Assembly (NCBI GenBank): GCA_015233195.1
Contig: JADFYE010000002.1
Location: 90,184-154,183, forward strand
Direction: 5' to 3'
DNA length: 64,000 bases
Origin: Candidatus Omnitrophota bacterium
GTDB lineage: Bacteria; Omnitrophota; Gorgyraeia; Zapsychrales; Zapsychraceae
Shown: positions 1-10,144 of the stretch, piece by piece
Layout of the letters: the number at the start of each line of letters is the position of its first letter
Numbering within the stretch: the first letter of the stretch is position 1
The notes under the pieces: model-generated
What the model saw: the letters and a program-made list of their open reading frames with translations, nothing else
Told to the model about the DNA's origin: nothing
Database searches by the model: none
Position numbers and translations under genes: made by a program

Positions 1-1719
1 AGTAATATGTTCAGCTCCTGAAGCAGTAAACATTTCAATATTACTGGCGTACTCTTCCAATCCTTCTTCGCGTAATTTCTTTAAAATTGGCTTAGCTACT
101 CTTTCAGCAATTGTTTCTCTAACAAAAGGTACTGCCTGTGTTGTTTCAATGGTTTTACCTTCTCCCGCAAGCTCTGTTTTTATTGATTCTTTTACATCAT
201 AACCTGCTTGTTTACTGAGCAAATCCCAATCCCACTCACTCATCTTAGGCGCAAACCTTGATTCTATATATCGTTTATACGCACTTCCTGTCATTAGAAT
301 AAACCGCACTTTTAAATCTCGATTTTTCTTCATCAAACGAAAAGCCCGAACTATTTGTTCTAAATTTTCATCCAAGATAGGAAAGACTTGATCCTGAGTT
401 GCTCCAGGCATTAAAGTTCTATTCATATCCAAAACAAATGTCACCTGTTTAACGGGTTGCTCCAAATCCATTTGAGGTGGAATTTGCATATCTATCTGTT
501 TTTCCTGCCCATTAATAACAGCATGAGCTGAATATCTACTGCCTCTAATAATTGTTGATCGTAAAAACCTTCTAAAATCTTCCTTAGTTCTAATAAGCAT
601 TGCATTATCTGTTTTCAAAATCACTTCTACAGAGCGTTGCTCTCCAGTTGGTACAATTTTCGCCGCCTCTGCTTTTTTGATAATCATCGCGCTATCTGTA
701 AATCCTCCGGAAAAATACTTCCGAGGTATAATTTGTTTGGTTTGCGGATTGTATTCTTCTTTGATTACGTTATAAACTCCAGATTTAAAAGCTTTCATGT
801 ATTGATCGTAAATTTTCTGAGGCGATAGATCGGAAGTCGAGGGCAAAAGGTTATTGACTTTATTTTTTCCAACATAAACTTTATTTAAAATGCTGTTTTG
901 TACGACGTCCTTATACCATTTAGCAAGGATAAGCGAATAGAACATTTGACGTAAAGGCGCAAAATTCTTGCCGGTGTTAACTTCTTTTTCGATCTCAGGT
1001 ACAATCATGTTACGGATTATTTGAGTAGAAATATCTTTTTTTTGATAGTCATTCTCCGTCATTACTTTTAATTTAGCCTCAGTAATATAGACGGTGTTTT
1101 CGTGTTCATAAATTGTGGCAGATTCAGGCATGATCCAAACTTTATTAAACGTATCAAGAGGAATATCAGTTGTGCCAAATTCTTTTTGTGCTCGGGCGTA
1201 AATCCGATCCCACAATTCACGTCCAGCTTCGCCTTCCGGACGCATTAATGTCGCAGTTAATTGCTTTAAAATATAATCTTGTGCTAATAAATCTTGACCT
1301 AATTCGATTTTTCCTAAATCTTTTGGAATAATACGGTCTGGTTCATTTGGTGAGAGGTTTACCCATAAATCTTTTTGCGGAACAGTCATTGCAGCTAAAA
1401 AATAATTGATTAGTTTTTTAGATTCCGAGCGCAGCGAAGCCTCTGCGCTTTGATTTGCCTTTTGCAAATCAGCAGAGGTTAATTCATTCCCAGTATCCAA
1501 AATAAACTCGAATTTAAATGGATTGTCAGGATTAACTGTTACGCCTTTAAGTAAAGTCGGAACAAATGCTGGACTCATACCAACCATTGCCCCAGGGGCA
1601 GGAAGCCCTAGCACATCTGCTCTAGCTGTAGACGCTGGCATTAAACACTGCAACCCAAAAATCACAGCAATGACCATGCAAACAAATTTTTTCAGAATAA
1701 AAAATCTTGAACTAAACAT
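1..1719 (-). CDS. Large secreted modular protein, paralog A (3' end cut by window edge): family N-terminal module plus HAD-like region
   Basis: Absent from the ORF track because it runs off the edge. My reverse translation from the ATG at 1719 gives MFSSRFFILKKFVCMVIAVIFGLQCLMPASTARA (signal peptide). It continues with NPFKFEFILDTG, LINYFLAAMTVPQKDLWVNLSP, GQDLLAQDYILKQL and PRKYFSGG. These are collinear with the N-termini of the 35517..39590 and 59194..62727 proteins. The frame stays open for 573 codons to base 1. Confidence 0.8.
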   Translation of the reverse strand, partial: MFSSRFFILKKFVCMVIAVIFGLQCLMPASTARADVLGLPAPGAMVGMSPAFVPTLLKGVTVNPDNPFKFEFILDTGNELTSADLQKANQSAEASLRSESKKLINYFLAAMTVPQKDLWVNLSPNEPDRIIPKDLGKIELGQDLLAQDYILKQLTATLMRPEGEAGRELWDRIYARAQKEFGTTDIPLDTFNKVWIMPESATIYEHENTVYITEAKLKVMTENDYQKKDISTQIIRNMIVPEIEKEVNTGKNFAPLRQMFYSLILAKWYKDVVQNSILNKVYVGKNKVNNLLPSTSDLSPQKIYDQYMKAFKSGVYNVIKEEYNPQTKQIIPRKYFSGGFTDSAMIIKKAEAAKIVPTGEQRSVEVILKTDNAMLIRTKEDFRRFLRSTIIRGSRYSAHAVINGQEKQIDMQIPPQMDLEQPVKQVTFVLDMNRTLMPGATQDQVFPILDENLEQIVRAFRLMKKNRDLKVRFILMTGSAYKRYIESRFAPKMSEWDWDLLSKQAGYDVKESIKTELAGEGKTIETTQAVPFVRETIAERVAKPILKKLREEGLEEYASNIEMFTASGAEHIT

Positions 1720-1800
1720 ATTAACTGCCTTAAATATAAATATTAGTAATTTTGTGAAAGTATAATATACAAATATACTGTTGGCAAGGCGACGTAAAAG

Positions 1801-2142
1801 TTAATAACCGTTGGAAGAATTACTGGCTACTAATTGTTCTAATTGTTTGGTCTGGGCTGCGGATAAATCAAAGAAATAAATAGCTAAACCTTCACCTGGG
1901 GCGATGCGGGATATGCGGGCATTACCTTCAATAACACTTTCGGGATCTTCATTATCCATCTGGATCTTGAATTTTAATTCATCATCACGTTTTAAATAAA
2001 CGTTATATTTCATCTCAACAAACGCAGCTTTTGTTGAAATGTCCCGTAACCGACCATTAATTGATACTTGCGGATCAATAATAATCAGAATCGGACGGAG
2101 AAAATTTACACGATTATATAAACGACGATTTGGATATTGCAT
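1801..2142 (-). CDS. PilZ-domain protein (putative c-di-GMP binding)
   Basis: 113 aa. It has an RRxxxR-like motif (NRRLYNRVNF) followed about 25 aa later by a D-x-S-x-x-G-like motif (RDISTKAAF), as in PilZ domains. Confidence 0.6.
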   Translation of the reverse strand: MQYPNRRLYNRVNFLRPILIIIDPQVSINGRLRDISTKAAFVEMKYNVYLKRDDELKFKIQMDNEDPESVIEGNARISRIAPGEGLAIYFFDLSAAQTKQLEQLVASNSSNGY

Positions 2143-2194
2143 ATGTTCCTTTGTACCATATTATTTTAAATTGAGCAACAAATCATATTAACTT

Positions 2195-4123
2195 TTAACT
2201 CCTAAGCTGCTTTTCGGAGTCAACCACGTCACGGTTGATAATATGCGCCAAATCTTTTACTTTTTTCCTAAACTCTTCAGTAACTGGACATTCAGCCATT
2301 TGCCGTAAAACTTGAATTATCATTCGGAAATATCTAACTACTTCGCCTTCATCGGCACTGGCTTGCTGACTGGCTTCACCAAAATCTTTTCCTCTTACCC
2401 AAGCATCAATCGCGTTTGTAAGATGAAAATACGATAACTTTGTCCGATCTTGTAGACCAGTAGAGCGTTCCATACGATTTATATGTTTAACTACCTCAAA
2501 AGTTTTATCCTGTATGCTTAAAATACGATGGTTCAAATGCGGTTTAGTCATGCCTTTACGCGGCTCATAAATTATAGCGCCGATAAGAATCGCCAATTCC
2601 GGCAAAGTCAATTTATCCAAATACCCCGCCTCAAACAATTCAGATAAAATTAATTCATATCCATAAATCTGCGACGCGAAATCACCTTTCTCAGTTAACC
2701 CTCTTCTATCTATATAACGTAGTTCTTTTAAAATATCAACCTTAGCCCGCATTGCATAAACCGCGCGCTTACGATTATTCTTACTCTCTTGATAAAAATG
2801 AAATGAGTCCGGATAAATATCATATAACCGTTCTCCATGCACCCGGTACAAATTCAAAATCGTGGCATAAGAAGCGTTGAATTGCGAATTAACTTTTTCC
2901 GGTCTGCCATAAACCACTCTTTGCAATTCTGCTGCAGAAATGTAATGTGGATTTACCCGACAAAAAACAAACCCTTCCACGTCTATAGAACGCCGTCCAG
3001 CTCGTCCTGCCATTTGATAAAAATCCCGCGTACGCAAAATTTCAAAACCTTTACGTCCATAATATTTACTTAGCTCGTCGAATATAACTGTGCGCGCCGG
3101 CATATTGATCCCTAAAGCAAAAGTCTCAGTCGTAAAAATAATACTCAAGAGCCGCTGAGTAAAAATCTGCTCTACTACTTCTTTTAGCGTAGGCAGCATT
3201 CCGGCATGATGATACGCAACACCTCGACCAACCAGAGAACGCAATTTTTCCGCACTGGGTTCACCGACCAGATCAAAACGTTTACATAACTTGTCAAACT
3301 CCTCTAAAATTTTAATTTTCTTTTCCTGGTCGAGAAAATCAAAAGTCATCATTTCTTCAGCCAATAATTCCGCCTGCTTACGACTGAACACAAAATAAAT
3401 ACACGGCAACCGATTCGCATCTTTAAGCTCTTGAACTAAAGTTGTAAGTCGGTTGGGATGTAATTTTACAGCATGCGGCACTCTTTGCGTAGGCGAACAA
3501 TGCCCTCCTGGATATTGATATCCATATTTTGCCAGTTTTTCCCAATCATCATAAATCTTGCTTTGGCACTGAAACAAAACTTTCAAAGGAACTGGTCGCC
3601 TATCCTCTTTAACAATCATTATCGGCTGACGATGTATTTGCTCTAGCCAATGTTTAAGCTCGTCTATATTAGGGATAGTTGCAGATAAACCCAACAGCCG
3701 CATATGCTCCGGCATAAATATCAAAGATTCTTCCCAAACTGTTCCCCGTTCGCTATCGTCGATGTAGTGGATCTCATCAAAAATAATCCAACCGTAACTG
3801 CTCAAATCCATATTAGGATCAAGGATCTTGTTACGGAATATTTCAGTAGTCATGATCAAGACCGGCGCTGATGAATTTATCGTCACATCACCAGTCAATA
3901 TACCTATCATTTCAGGATTAGTGGCTTGGAAATCACGGAATTTCTGGTTGGATAAAGCTTTGATAGGCGCAGTATAAATTACTTTCTGGCCACGTTTCAA
4001 TGCCTCTTGAATTACGTATTCAGCAATCGCAGTCTTACCCGCACCCGTCGGAGCAGAAACAATAACAGAGTGTCCCTGGTCTATATATTGAATGGCTTTT
4101 AATTGAAATTCATCATATATCAT
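2195..4123 (-). CDS. Ski2/HelY-like DEAD/DEAH-box superfamily-2 helicase
   Basis: Walker A is SAPTGAGKT, motif II is FDEIHYIDD, motif III is LSATIPN and motif VI is QMAGRAGRR. A long C-terminal helical extension is typical of Ski2-like helicases. Confidence 0.9.
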   Translation of the reverse strand: MIYDEFQLKAIQYIDQGHSVIVSAPTGAGKTAIAEYVIQEALKRGQKVIYTAPIKALSNQKFRDFQATNPEMIGILTGDVTINSSAPVLIMTTEIFRNKILDPNMDLSSYGWIIFDEIHYIDDSERGTVWEESLIFMPEHMRLLGLSATIPNIDELKHWLEQIHRQPIMIVKEDRRPVPLKVLFQCQSKIYDDWEKLAKYGYQYPGGHCSPTQRVPHAVKLHPNRLTTLVQELKDANRLPCIYFVFSRKQAELLAEEMMTFDFLDQEKKIKILEEFDKLCKRFDLVGEPSAEKLRSLVGRGVAYHHAGMLPTLKEVVEQIFTQRLLSIIFTTETFALGINMPARTVIFDELSKYYGRKGFEILRTRDFYQMAGRAGRRSIDVEGFVFCRVNPHYISAAELQRVVYGRPEKVNSQFNASYATILNLYRVHGERLYDIYPDSFHFYQESKNNRKRAVYAMRAKVDILKELRYIDRRGLTEKGDFASQIYGYELILSELFEAGYLDKLTLPELAILIGAIIYEPRKGMTKPHLNHRILSIQDKTFEVVKHINRMERSTGLQDRTKLSYFHLTNAIDAWVRGKDFGEASQQASADEGEVVRYFRMIIQVLRQMAECPVTEEFRKKVKDLAHIINRDVVDSEKQLRS

Positions 4124-4175
4124 ACTAAAAGTATACTGGGTAAAATAAGAATAAGAAATATTAATACAAAAAAAA

Positions 4176-4205
4176 GTGAAGGGCGATTAACCCTTCACTT
4201 TTTAA
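4176..4205 (-). terminator. Rho-independent terminator after the porin gene
   Basis: Stem gtgaaggg (4176-4183) pairs with cccttcac (4191-4198) around a 7-nt loop. A/T tracts lie on both sides, so it could act bidirectionally. Confidence 0.7.
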
Positions 4206-4227
4206 TTTATTCTATACGCCTATTACC

Positions 4228-5529
4228 TTAAAACGCGTAAATGACTGTAGATTGGATACGATTATCAGTTCCTTTGGAATTATCTCCAAAAACTGTTCCA
4301 AAATTTTGATATTCTAACCCAACCCAAAAATTATCAGTCAGTCTATATTTTCCGTTGGCGAATGTTGACCTATTCATTCTCCAGAAAGTATTAGTAGAAC
4401 TGTATGCTGCATAATAATCTGTATTAGTGAAATCTACACCAGCACCGGTATTGAATTCCCATTTCTTAGTCGGCTTAAATGTAACCTGTGCCCAACCACC
4501 ATTTGATTTAACTGCAGCTTTTAATGACCCGCCAGTCGGAACTGATGGGATAGGACTGCCGCCAAAGAAATCAGCTAATTGCTGACCAACATATGTTTCA
4601 CCGCTAAGATTAAATTTATCATTTAACTTCAATGTTGCATCAGTAGTGAAAGCCCAGATTGGTAAATTAGAGCCTACTGTCTGAGTATATTGACCAGCAA
4701 TACCGCCGACTCCTAATTTCAAAGATTTTCCAAATACTTTTCCATCCCAGCTCAAATGCGCGCCGCCAACTGGATAACCGCGATTTTCCTGGTCTGCATT
4801 TCTAGAATCCAATGCACCAACATCAGCTACAACTTTACCTCCCAAAATATCAGGCATATTATAGCTAAAACGTACTTGTGGATTACGTGCAGCTAAGTTA
4901 CCTGCACGCCATAAAGTACCAGTATTAAATATATTAGGATTTAACGGTGAGAAAAATGCCCAAGTCTGACCAGCTAAAACACTCCATTTAGGATATGCTA
5001 ACTTGGCATAACCATGACGCAAACGTAATTCAGGATTAGTTCCGGATCCGCTGCCTGCAGCAAAATCCGCCTCAATATTTCCGCTTAATTTTCCATCCGT
5101 ACCAACATCTGGACCAGATAAGTTAAAACCTAAACGGGTATTTCTTGGATCAATGTTAAAACTATCAACATTGTGGGTTGATGATTCATTTGGCGCACTA
5201 TATGCGGTTGGACTATTCTGTGAATCATCCCAAACCACATCAGTACGTGCGTACCCGTACATCTCAACTTGAACTGGTTGCTGCGCGGTCAAAGAAAACT
5301 TTCCTGATTGTGGGTTTGAAGGAGCAGCAACTGCTGGTGCTTCTACAGATTGATTTTTAAGCTCCGCAACTTCAGCTTTTAAAGATTGATTCTCTTGTTC
5401 CAAAGCATCTAAACGCTTTAAAATACTTTGCATATCAGCTTCTTGTGCATTAGCTAAAATTCCATAATTAGAAAATAAAAAAACAGAAATAATAAATGCG
5501 GAAACTGTTTTGAAAAATAATTTTCTCAC
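4228..5529 (-). CDS. Outer-membrane porin with N-terminal coiled coil
   Basis: Signal peptide is followed by the coiled coil LKRLDALEQENQSLKAEVAELKNQ. The rest is G/N/T/Y-rich with an alternating beta-strand pattern and ends in the aromatic ...STVIYAF. Confidence 0.7.
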   Translation of the reverse strand: MRKLFFKTVSAFIISVFLFSNYGILANAQEADMQSILKRLDALEQENQSLKAEVAELKNQSVEAPAVAAPSNPQSGKFSLTAQQPVQVEMYGYARTDVVWDDSQNSPTAYSAPNESSTHNVDSFNIDPRNTRLGFNLSGPDVGTDGKLSGNIEADFAAGSGSGTNPELRLRHGYAKLAYPKWSVLAGQTWAFFSPLNPNIFNTGTLWRAGNLAARNPQVRFSYNMPDILGGKVVADVGALDSRNADQENRGYPVGGAHLSWDGKVFGKSLKLGVGGIAGQYTQTVGSNLPIWAFTTDATLKLNDKFNLSGETYVGQQLADFFGGSPIPSVPTGGSLKAAVKSNGGWAQVTFKPTKKWEFNTGAGVDFTNTDYYAAYSSTNTFWRMNRSTFANGKYRLTDNFWVGLEYQNFGTVFGDNSKGTDNRIQSTVIYAF

Positions 5530-5707
5530 TTTTCTCTCCCTTATTAATTGTTAACAACTGGTCTATATAAGGCGGTTTTAAAAAATTATAATAAAAAATA
5601 CCGCATAGTTAAATATAAACACGAAAGTGTTTTTATTATAATATAAGAATTGATTTTGACCAGAAATATTTTAAATCACACCCAGACAAAGATTTACAAA
5701 AACCTCA

Positions 5708-6184
5708 TTAATGCCCCTGACCATGAAGCATTTTTATTGCGTGTTCTAACAGATCAATTATTGAAGATAAAGACTCAACCGCCCCAGCAGGGCTGCCAGG
5801 AAGGTTTATTATAAGAGAAGAACCACGTATTCCGCATATAGAACGAGATAAGTAAGCTCTTTTGGTTTTATCAGCTCCTAAACTGCGCATTGCTTCAGCT
5901 AAACCCGAAACTTCTTTATCAACAACTTCTTTAGTAACCTCAGGCGTAAAATCCCGCGGAGAAAGACCTGTTCCTCCATTGGTCAAGACCACATCACAAG
6001 CCAATTCATCACAAAAATAAATCAAACGATCGCGTATCTGCAAAGGATCATCTGGAATTATTTCGTATGCCTTAACTTGAAAAGGCTGATCTATTAAAAA
6101 TTCTTTAAGTCGTTTCCCTGTAACATCTTCTAAATTCCCCTTGCTTCTCGTATCACTAATCGTAAGAATAGCTATAGAATACAT
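5708..6184 (-). CDS. MogA/MoaB-type molybdenum cofactor biosynthesis protein
   Basis: 158 aa with the MoCF-biosynthesis signature VLTNGGTGLSPRD. It is the last gene of the Moco operon. Confidence 0.85.
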   Translation of the reverse strand: MYSIAILTISDTRSKGNLEDVTGKRLKEFLIDQPFQVKAYEIIPDDPLQIRDRLIYFCDELACDVVLTNGGTGLSPRDFTPEVTKEVVDKEVSGLAEAMRSLGADKTKRAYLSRSICGIRGSSLIINLPGSPAGAVESLSSIIDLLEHAIKMLHGQGH

Positions 6185-6624
6185 ATATTATTCCCTGGTC
6201 TAATAACACCGCCTTTTTCAACAACTGCAAATACCCCATCTGTAGGCATAACGCACATTCCTGCCTGGTCATAAATACGGCATTTATCGTGACATTCTTT
6301 GCCTTTTTGAGTAACTCGTAATATTACTTCCTCCCCCAGCCTTAAACACGTTCCTTCACTTAAACTAATCAAATCAATACCCGACACTGTAATATTTTCA
6401 GCAAAATCGCCTGGATTAACTTTAACCCCTTTTGCAGTAATTTTAGCAATAGAATCCATTGATAACAAACTTACCTGCCGAATTCCAAGACCAGCATGAC
6501 CGTCGCCCTCAACACCCCAATTTTCTTTCAGAAATATTTCCGGATGATTTATTTTCTTTTCACCTTTTTTTACCGAAGTAGAAACAGCCTCAACTTTTCC
6601 GCACATAATTACCGCTTTTCCCAC
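6172..6624 (-). CDS. MOSC-domain protein
   Basis: 150 aa of beta-barrel-like sequence (QVSLLSMDSI..., GDFAENITVSGIDL) lying between moaC and the mog-type gene. This is a typical position for a standalone MOSC protein. The true start may be the internal MCGKV. Confidence 0.65.
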   Translation of the reverse strand: MGKAVIMCGKVEAVSTSVKKGEKKINHPEIFLKENWGVEGDGHAGLGIRQVSLLSMDSIAKITAKGVKVNPGDFAENITVSGIDLISLSEGTCLRLGEEVILRVTQKGKECHDKCRIYDQAGMCVMPTDGVFAVVEKGGVIRPGNNICIL

Positions 6625-7021
6625 CTGATTTACACATTACTTTCACATCACCTATAACCATATCTTTATCAAACGCTTTACACATATCATAAATAGTCAA
6701 AGCACTGACTGATACTGCAGTTAACGCCTCCATCTCAAAACCGGTTTTTGCATGACCACGAATAACAGCACTGATAACAATTTGGTTTTTACCAAACTTA
6801 AATTCTATTTGAGCAAACTCAATAGCAATGGGATGACATAAAGGCAATAAATTCGGCGTTTGTTTAGCTGCCAATATTCCAGCCACCCGCGCAGTTTCCA
6901 AAACATCACCTTTGGGAATTTTTTTATCTTTAATCAGCTTAATAACACCAGGAGAAATATTTATCAATCCCTGAGCTACAGCTTCACGTTTAGTAACTAT
7001 TTTATCCGATATTTCTATCAT
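6590..7021 (-). CDS. moaC: Cyclic pyranopterin monophosphate synthase MoaC
   Basis: Conserved MoaC blocks are KGDVLETARVAGILAAKQTPNLLPLCHP and TGFEMEALTAVSVSALTIYDMCKA. Confidence 0.9.
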   Translation of the reverse strand: MIEISDKIVTKREAVAQGLINISPGVIKLIKDKKIPKGDVLETARVAGILAAKQTPNLLPLCHPIAIEFAQIEFKFGKNQIVISAVIRGHAKTGFEMEALTAVSVSALTIYDMCKAFDKDMVIGDVKVMCKSGGKSGNYVRKS

Positions 7022-7028
7022 ATTTTAA

Positions 7029-7967
7029 TTAACCACCAATTTGACTCATAAATATCTGACCTGACGGGAAACATTTATAATCAACACTATTCTTTACACA
7101 AATGCGTTCCTGTATACGCAATGCCAGCTCCTCGTCATTCATCTCTTGTAACAAGGGCTTCAAAGCCAAAGCATTCTCTTCATATAAACAAATTTTAAAT
7201 TTACCAGTAGGCGATATTCTCAACCTCGAACAATCCACGCAATTTTCCGAATGCGTATGAATAAAGCCTATCTGCTGTCCATTACCCAACGTAAAATATT
7301 TTGCCGGACCTAAAGATCTGAACTCAGACGGAAACAAACCATATTTAGCTTCACACAATTTTTTAATATCCTCTATTGGTATAAACAATCGTTCATCCCA
7401 AAGCGGAGTTATATGCATAAATTCAATGAACCTGCCAATCAACCCTCGACCATTAAAAAAATTAACCAAATCACAAACCTCATCATCATTCTGACCAGCC
7501 ATTATAACGCTGTTTACTTTAATATTATTAAAACCTTCGGCTTTCGCTTTATCAATCCCGGAAATAACTTTAATAAGATTGTCAGATCCAGTAAATTTTT
7601 TAAATTTTTGAGCATTTAAAGTATCTAAACTGACATTAACTCCGTCTAAACCTGCGATTTTTAACACCCGAGCTTTTTGCTCCAACAACACCGCATTTGT
7701 AGTCAAATGCACCTGATCTATACCCTGGATATTTTTAAACGCTTTAATCAATTCACCAATATCTTCTCTTAATAAAGGTTCTCCCCCAGTAAAACGGACG
7801 CTGCTAACGCCTAAACCTGCAAAAATTTTTCCCAACCTAAGCACCTGCTCAAAAGACAATAATTCCTCGTCGCTAAATAAATCCAAACCGCAGCATGGCA
7901 TACAATATGTACATCTTAAATTGCAGCGATCTGTAACGGATATTCTTAGATAATTGTAATTAGACAT
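7029..7967 (-). CDS. moaA: GTP 3',8-cyclase MoaA (radical SAM)
   Basis: It has the CNLRCTYCMP CxxxCxxC motif, the GGEPLLR motif and a C-terminal cysteine cluster (CVDCSRLRISPTGKFKICL). Confidence 0.9.
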   Translation of the reverse strand: MSNYNYLRISVTDRCNLRCTYCMPCCGLDLFSDEELLSFEQVLRLGKIFAGLGVSSVRFTGGEPLLREDIGELIKAFKNIQGIDQVHLTTNAVLLEQKARVLKIAGLDGVNVSLDTLNAQKFKKFTGSDNLIKVISGIDKAKAEGFNNIKVNSVIMAGQNDDEVCDLVNFFNGRGLIGRFIEFMHITPLWDERLFIPIEDIKKLCEAKYGLFPSEFRSLGPAKYFTLGNGQQIGFIHTHSENCVDCSRLRISPTGKFKICLYEENALALKPLLQEMNDEELALRIQERICVKNSVDYKCFPSGQIFMSQIGG

Positions 7968-9141
7968 ATTTTATTTTAATTTTTGTGCCGGCTTTAATAA
8001 ATTCTTGCTCTTCATCTAAAATTATTAAACTATTGGACTCAACACATGAACGCAGCACTCCTGAGCTTTGGTTATCATAAGGCATAGAATAAAAAACACC
8101 GTCTCGCCATTCAGTTTTAGCCCGGACAAAATATTTTAAACCTTTATCTTTAACAAAATCTTTTTCTAAAACCGCTTCCACTATCAACGGCGAATATTCC
8201 GCACCCTGCATTTTATACAGTACGGGTTTTACAAAATTTTCAAAAGTCACTGCAACTGATACTGGATTTCCCGGCAACCCGAATATTAAAACGTCATTGA
8301 TCTTACCAAATAAAACCGGCTTTCCTGGACGCTGTGCTACCTTATGAAATAAAATAGTACCTGACAATTCTTCCAAAGCTATATGTACCAAATCATATTT
8401 TCCGGCTGATACACCTCCGGATAAAAGTATCACATCCGAAGATAACCCCCGGCTTATGACCGTTTTAATCTCCTCGACTTCGTCTCGGACTATACCTAAT
8501 CTTACTACCTGACCGCCGCACATATCGACCATACCAGATAAAATATAATAATTGGCGTCAAAAATCGTCCCCTCCGATAAAATCTCATCTATATTTATTA
8601 TCTCATTGCCAGTTGATACAATCGCGACTTGTGGCTGATAACTGACCGCGACCTCAGTGCGTCCTACCCGTGCCAACATACCTAAAATCTCAGGAGTAAT
8701 CTTTTTGCCTTTACGCAACACAACCGTATTCTGCTTAACTTCCTCACCCTGACATCTGATATTTTCACCTTTTATCGAAGCTTTTAAAATCTCAACCTGC
8801 GCGACAGATATCAGTTTAGTGTGTTCAACCATTACCACACTATCCGCGCCATCCGGTATAATTCCACCAGTCATTATATTAACCGCTTCTCCGGAAGAAA
8901 TAGACCGAACAAATTTTTCGCCGGCTTTACTTTCTCCTACAACATTAAATATTTTTGATTTATCCTCGCTATTAACTGCGTAACCATCCATGGAGGAAAT
9001 ATCACAGGCAGGAATATCAAAATCAGCTGAAATATCAGCTGACAAAATCCTTCCTAAAGATAATTCAATAGGAATAGTATCAGACGGCAATTCCTTCACA
9101 TTATCAAAAACTATCTTTAATGCTTCATCGACTTTTATCAT
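7960..9141 (-). CDS. moeA: Molybdopterin molybdotransferase MoeA
   Basis: The MoeA N-terminal region includes SSMDGYAV. The MoCF domain includes ILLSGGVSAGKYD and FGLPGNPVS. It overlaps moaA by 8 nt. Confidence 0.9.
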   Translation of the reverse strand: MIKVDEALKIVFDNVKELPSDTIPIELSLGRILSADISADFDIPACDISSMDGYAVNSEDKSKIFNVVGESKAGEKFVRSISSGEAVNIMTGGIIPDGADSVVMVEHTKLISVAQVEILKASIKGENIRCQGEEVKQNTVVLRKGKKITPEILGMLARVGRTEVAVSYQPQVAIVSTGNEIINIDEILSEGTIFDANYYILSGMVDMCGGQVVRLGIVRDEVEEIKTVISRGLSSDVILLSGGVSAGKYDLVHIALEELSGTILFHKVAQRPGKPVLFGKINDVLIFGLPGNPVSVAVTFENFVKPVLYKMQGAEYSPLIVEAVLEKDFVKDKGLKYFVRAKTEWRDGVFYSMPYDNQSSGVLRSCVESNSLIILDEEQEFIKAGTKIKIKYV

Positions 9142-10130
9142 TAGAAAAATTGATAACCATTAGATTTACAAATTGAACAAACCACCCCCGCCTTATCTTT
9201 TTTACTCAAAATAACCCGACGGGCTTCTAAATATTTTTCTCCATTCCAAACCTCGTCAAAAGACTGCTTAACTAAATTACCATAATTATATTTCGCGCAA
9301 TCATACAAAGCGCCACATGGTACCACATCTCCGTTCCAATCCACAGTCAAAGTTTTCCAGGGTTTGGGACAAGAACGCTTTATTTGCTCGGGTATGATTT
9401 TATAATTATTATACGCCGGATCGTCAGGTATCCATTTCTTATCCCGTTTTACTGAAGTATTTATATCCTCAAATATTTCTTTTCCACAATTAATCCGCAT
9501 GCCGCTGGCAGAAAACCCAACCCCAATTTCTTTGGCTTTATCCCGAGCAAGACCTACTTCATGCTGATTATGTTTAAAAACCAAATATTTCCATTCCACA
9601 TAAAGTTTATCACTCTTCAACTCTTTTTTCTTTGCTACCAGTTTTCGCATATTAGCAATCACCCGCTCAATATTACCGCCTATCCGATATTGTTCATAAA
9701 CCGGTTGAGTAGCACCGTCGCATGACACATGTATAACATCCAGCCCATAACGCACTATCTGGTCGATCTGCTCGTCAGAAATAATATTAAAATTACTGTC
9801 TAAAACTATCCGTACTTTTGGTTTTTGTTCTTTAACATATTTTACAAACAACCCGATGTCTTTATTTAAAAACGGTTCACCCCAATTAAAAAAATCCAAA
9901 GTTAGAACAAACGGCTTAACCTTATCAAAAATAGTTTGGAAAGTCTGCAAAGACATCATACTCTTAGGAATGTCACGATTCTCAACATCATTAGTCGGAC
10001 ACAAAGGACAGCGCAGATTACATATATTACCCGGCTCAATCGATATTTTTTTAGGCAAATAATGCAGTTTTACCGCGCGTTTCTCCTCAATAACCTTAAA
10101 TAACCCATCTAATATCGGCACATATCCCAT
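9141..10130 (-). CDS. Radical SAM protein with C-terminal SPASM/twitch-like cysteine cluster
   Basis: It has the CNLRCPLCPT CxxxCxxC motif. The C-terminal cysteines are CPKPWKTLTVDWNGDVVPCGALYDC...VCSICK. Its last base overlaps the moeA start. Confidence 0.8.
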   Translation of the reverse strand: MGYVPILDGLFKVIEEKRAVKLHYLPKKISIEPGNICNLRCPLCPTNDVENRDIPKSMMSLQTFQTIFDKVKPFVLTLDFFNWGEPFLNKDIGLFVKYVKEQKPKVRIVLDSNFNIISDEQIDQIVRYGLDVIHVSCDGATQPVYEQYRIGGNIERVIANMRKLVAKKKELKSDKLYVEWKYLVFKHNQHEVGLARDKAKEIGVGFSASGMRINCGKEIFEDINTSVKRDKKWIPDDPAYNNYKIIPEQIKRSCPKPWKTLTVDWNGDVVPCGALYDCAKYNYGNLVKQSFDEVWNGEKYLEARRVILSKKDKAGVVCSICKSNGYQFF

Positions 10131-10144
10131 TTATTTACTCCTAT

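Noticed and set aside
637-1765. Plus-strand ORFs 637..828 and 1523..1765.
   Set aside because: They are antisense to a 573-codon open minus-strand frame that is clearly homologous to two other proteins in the window.
6590-6624. The 35-nt overlap of the moaC and MOSC ORFs, considered as a possible fusion or programmed frameshift.
   Set aside because: The frames differ, and both proteins have normal lengths. An internal Met (MCGKV) gives a shorter, ordinary overlap.
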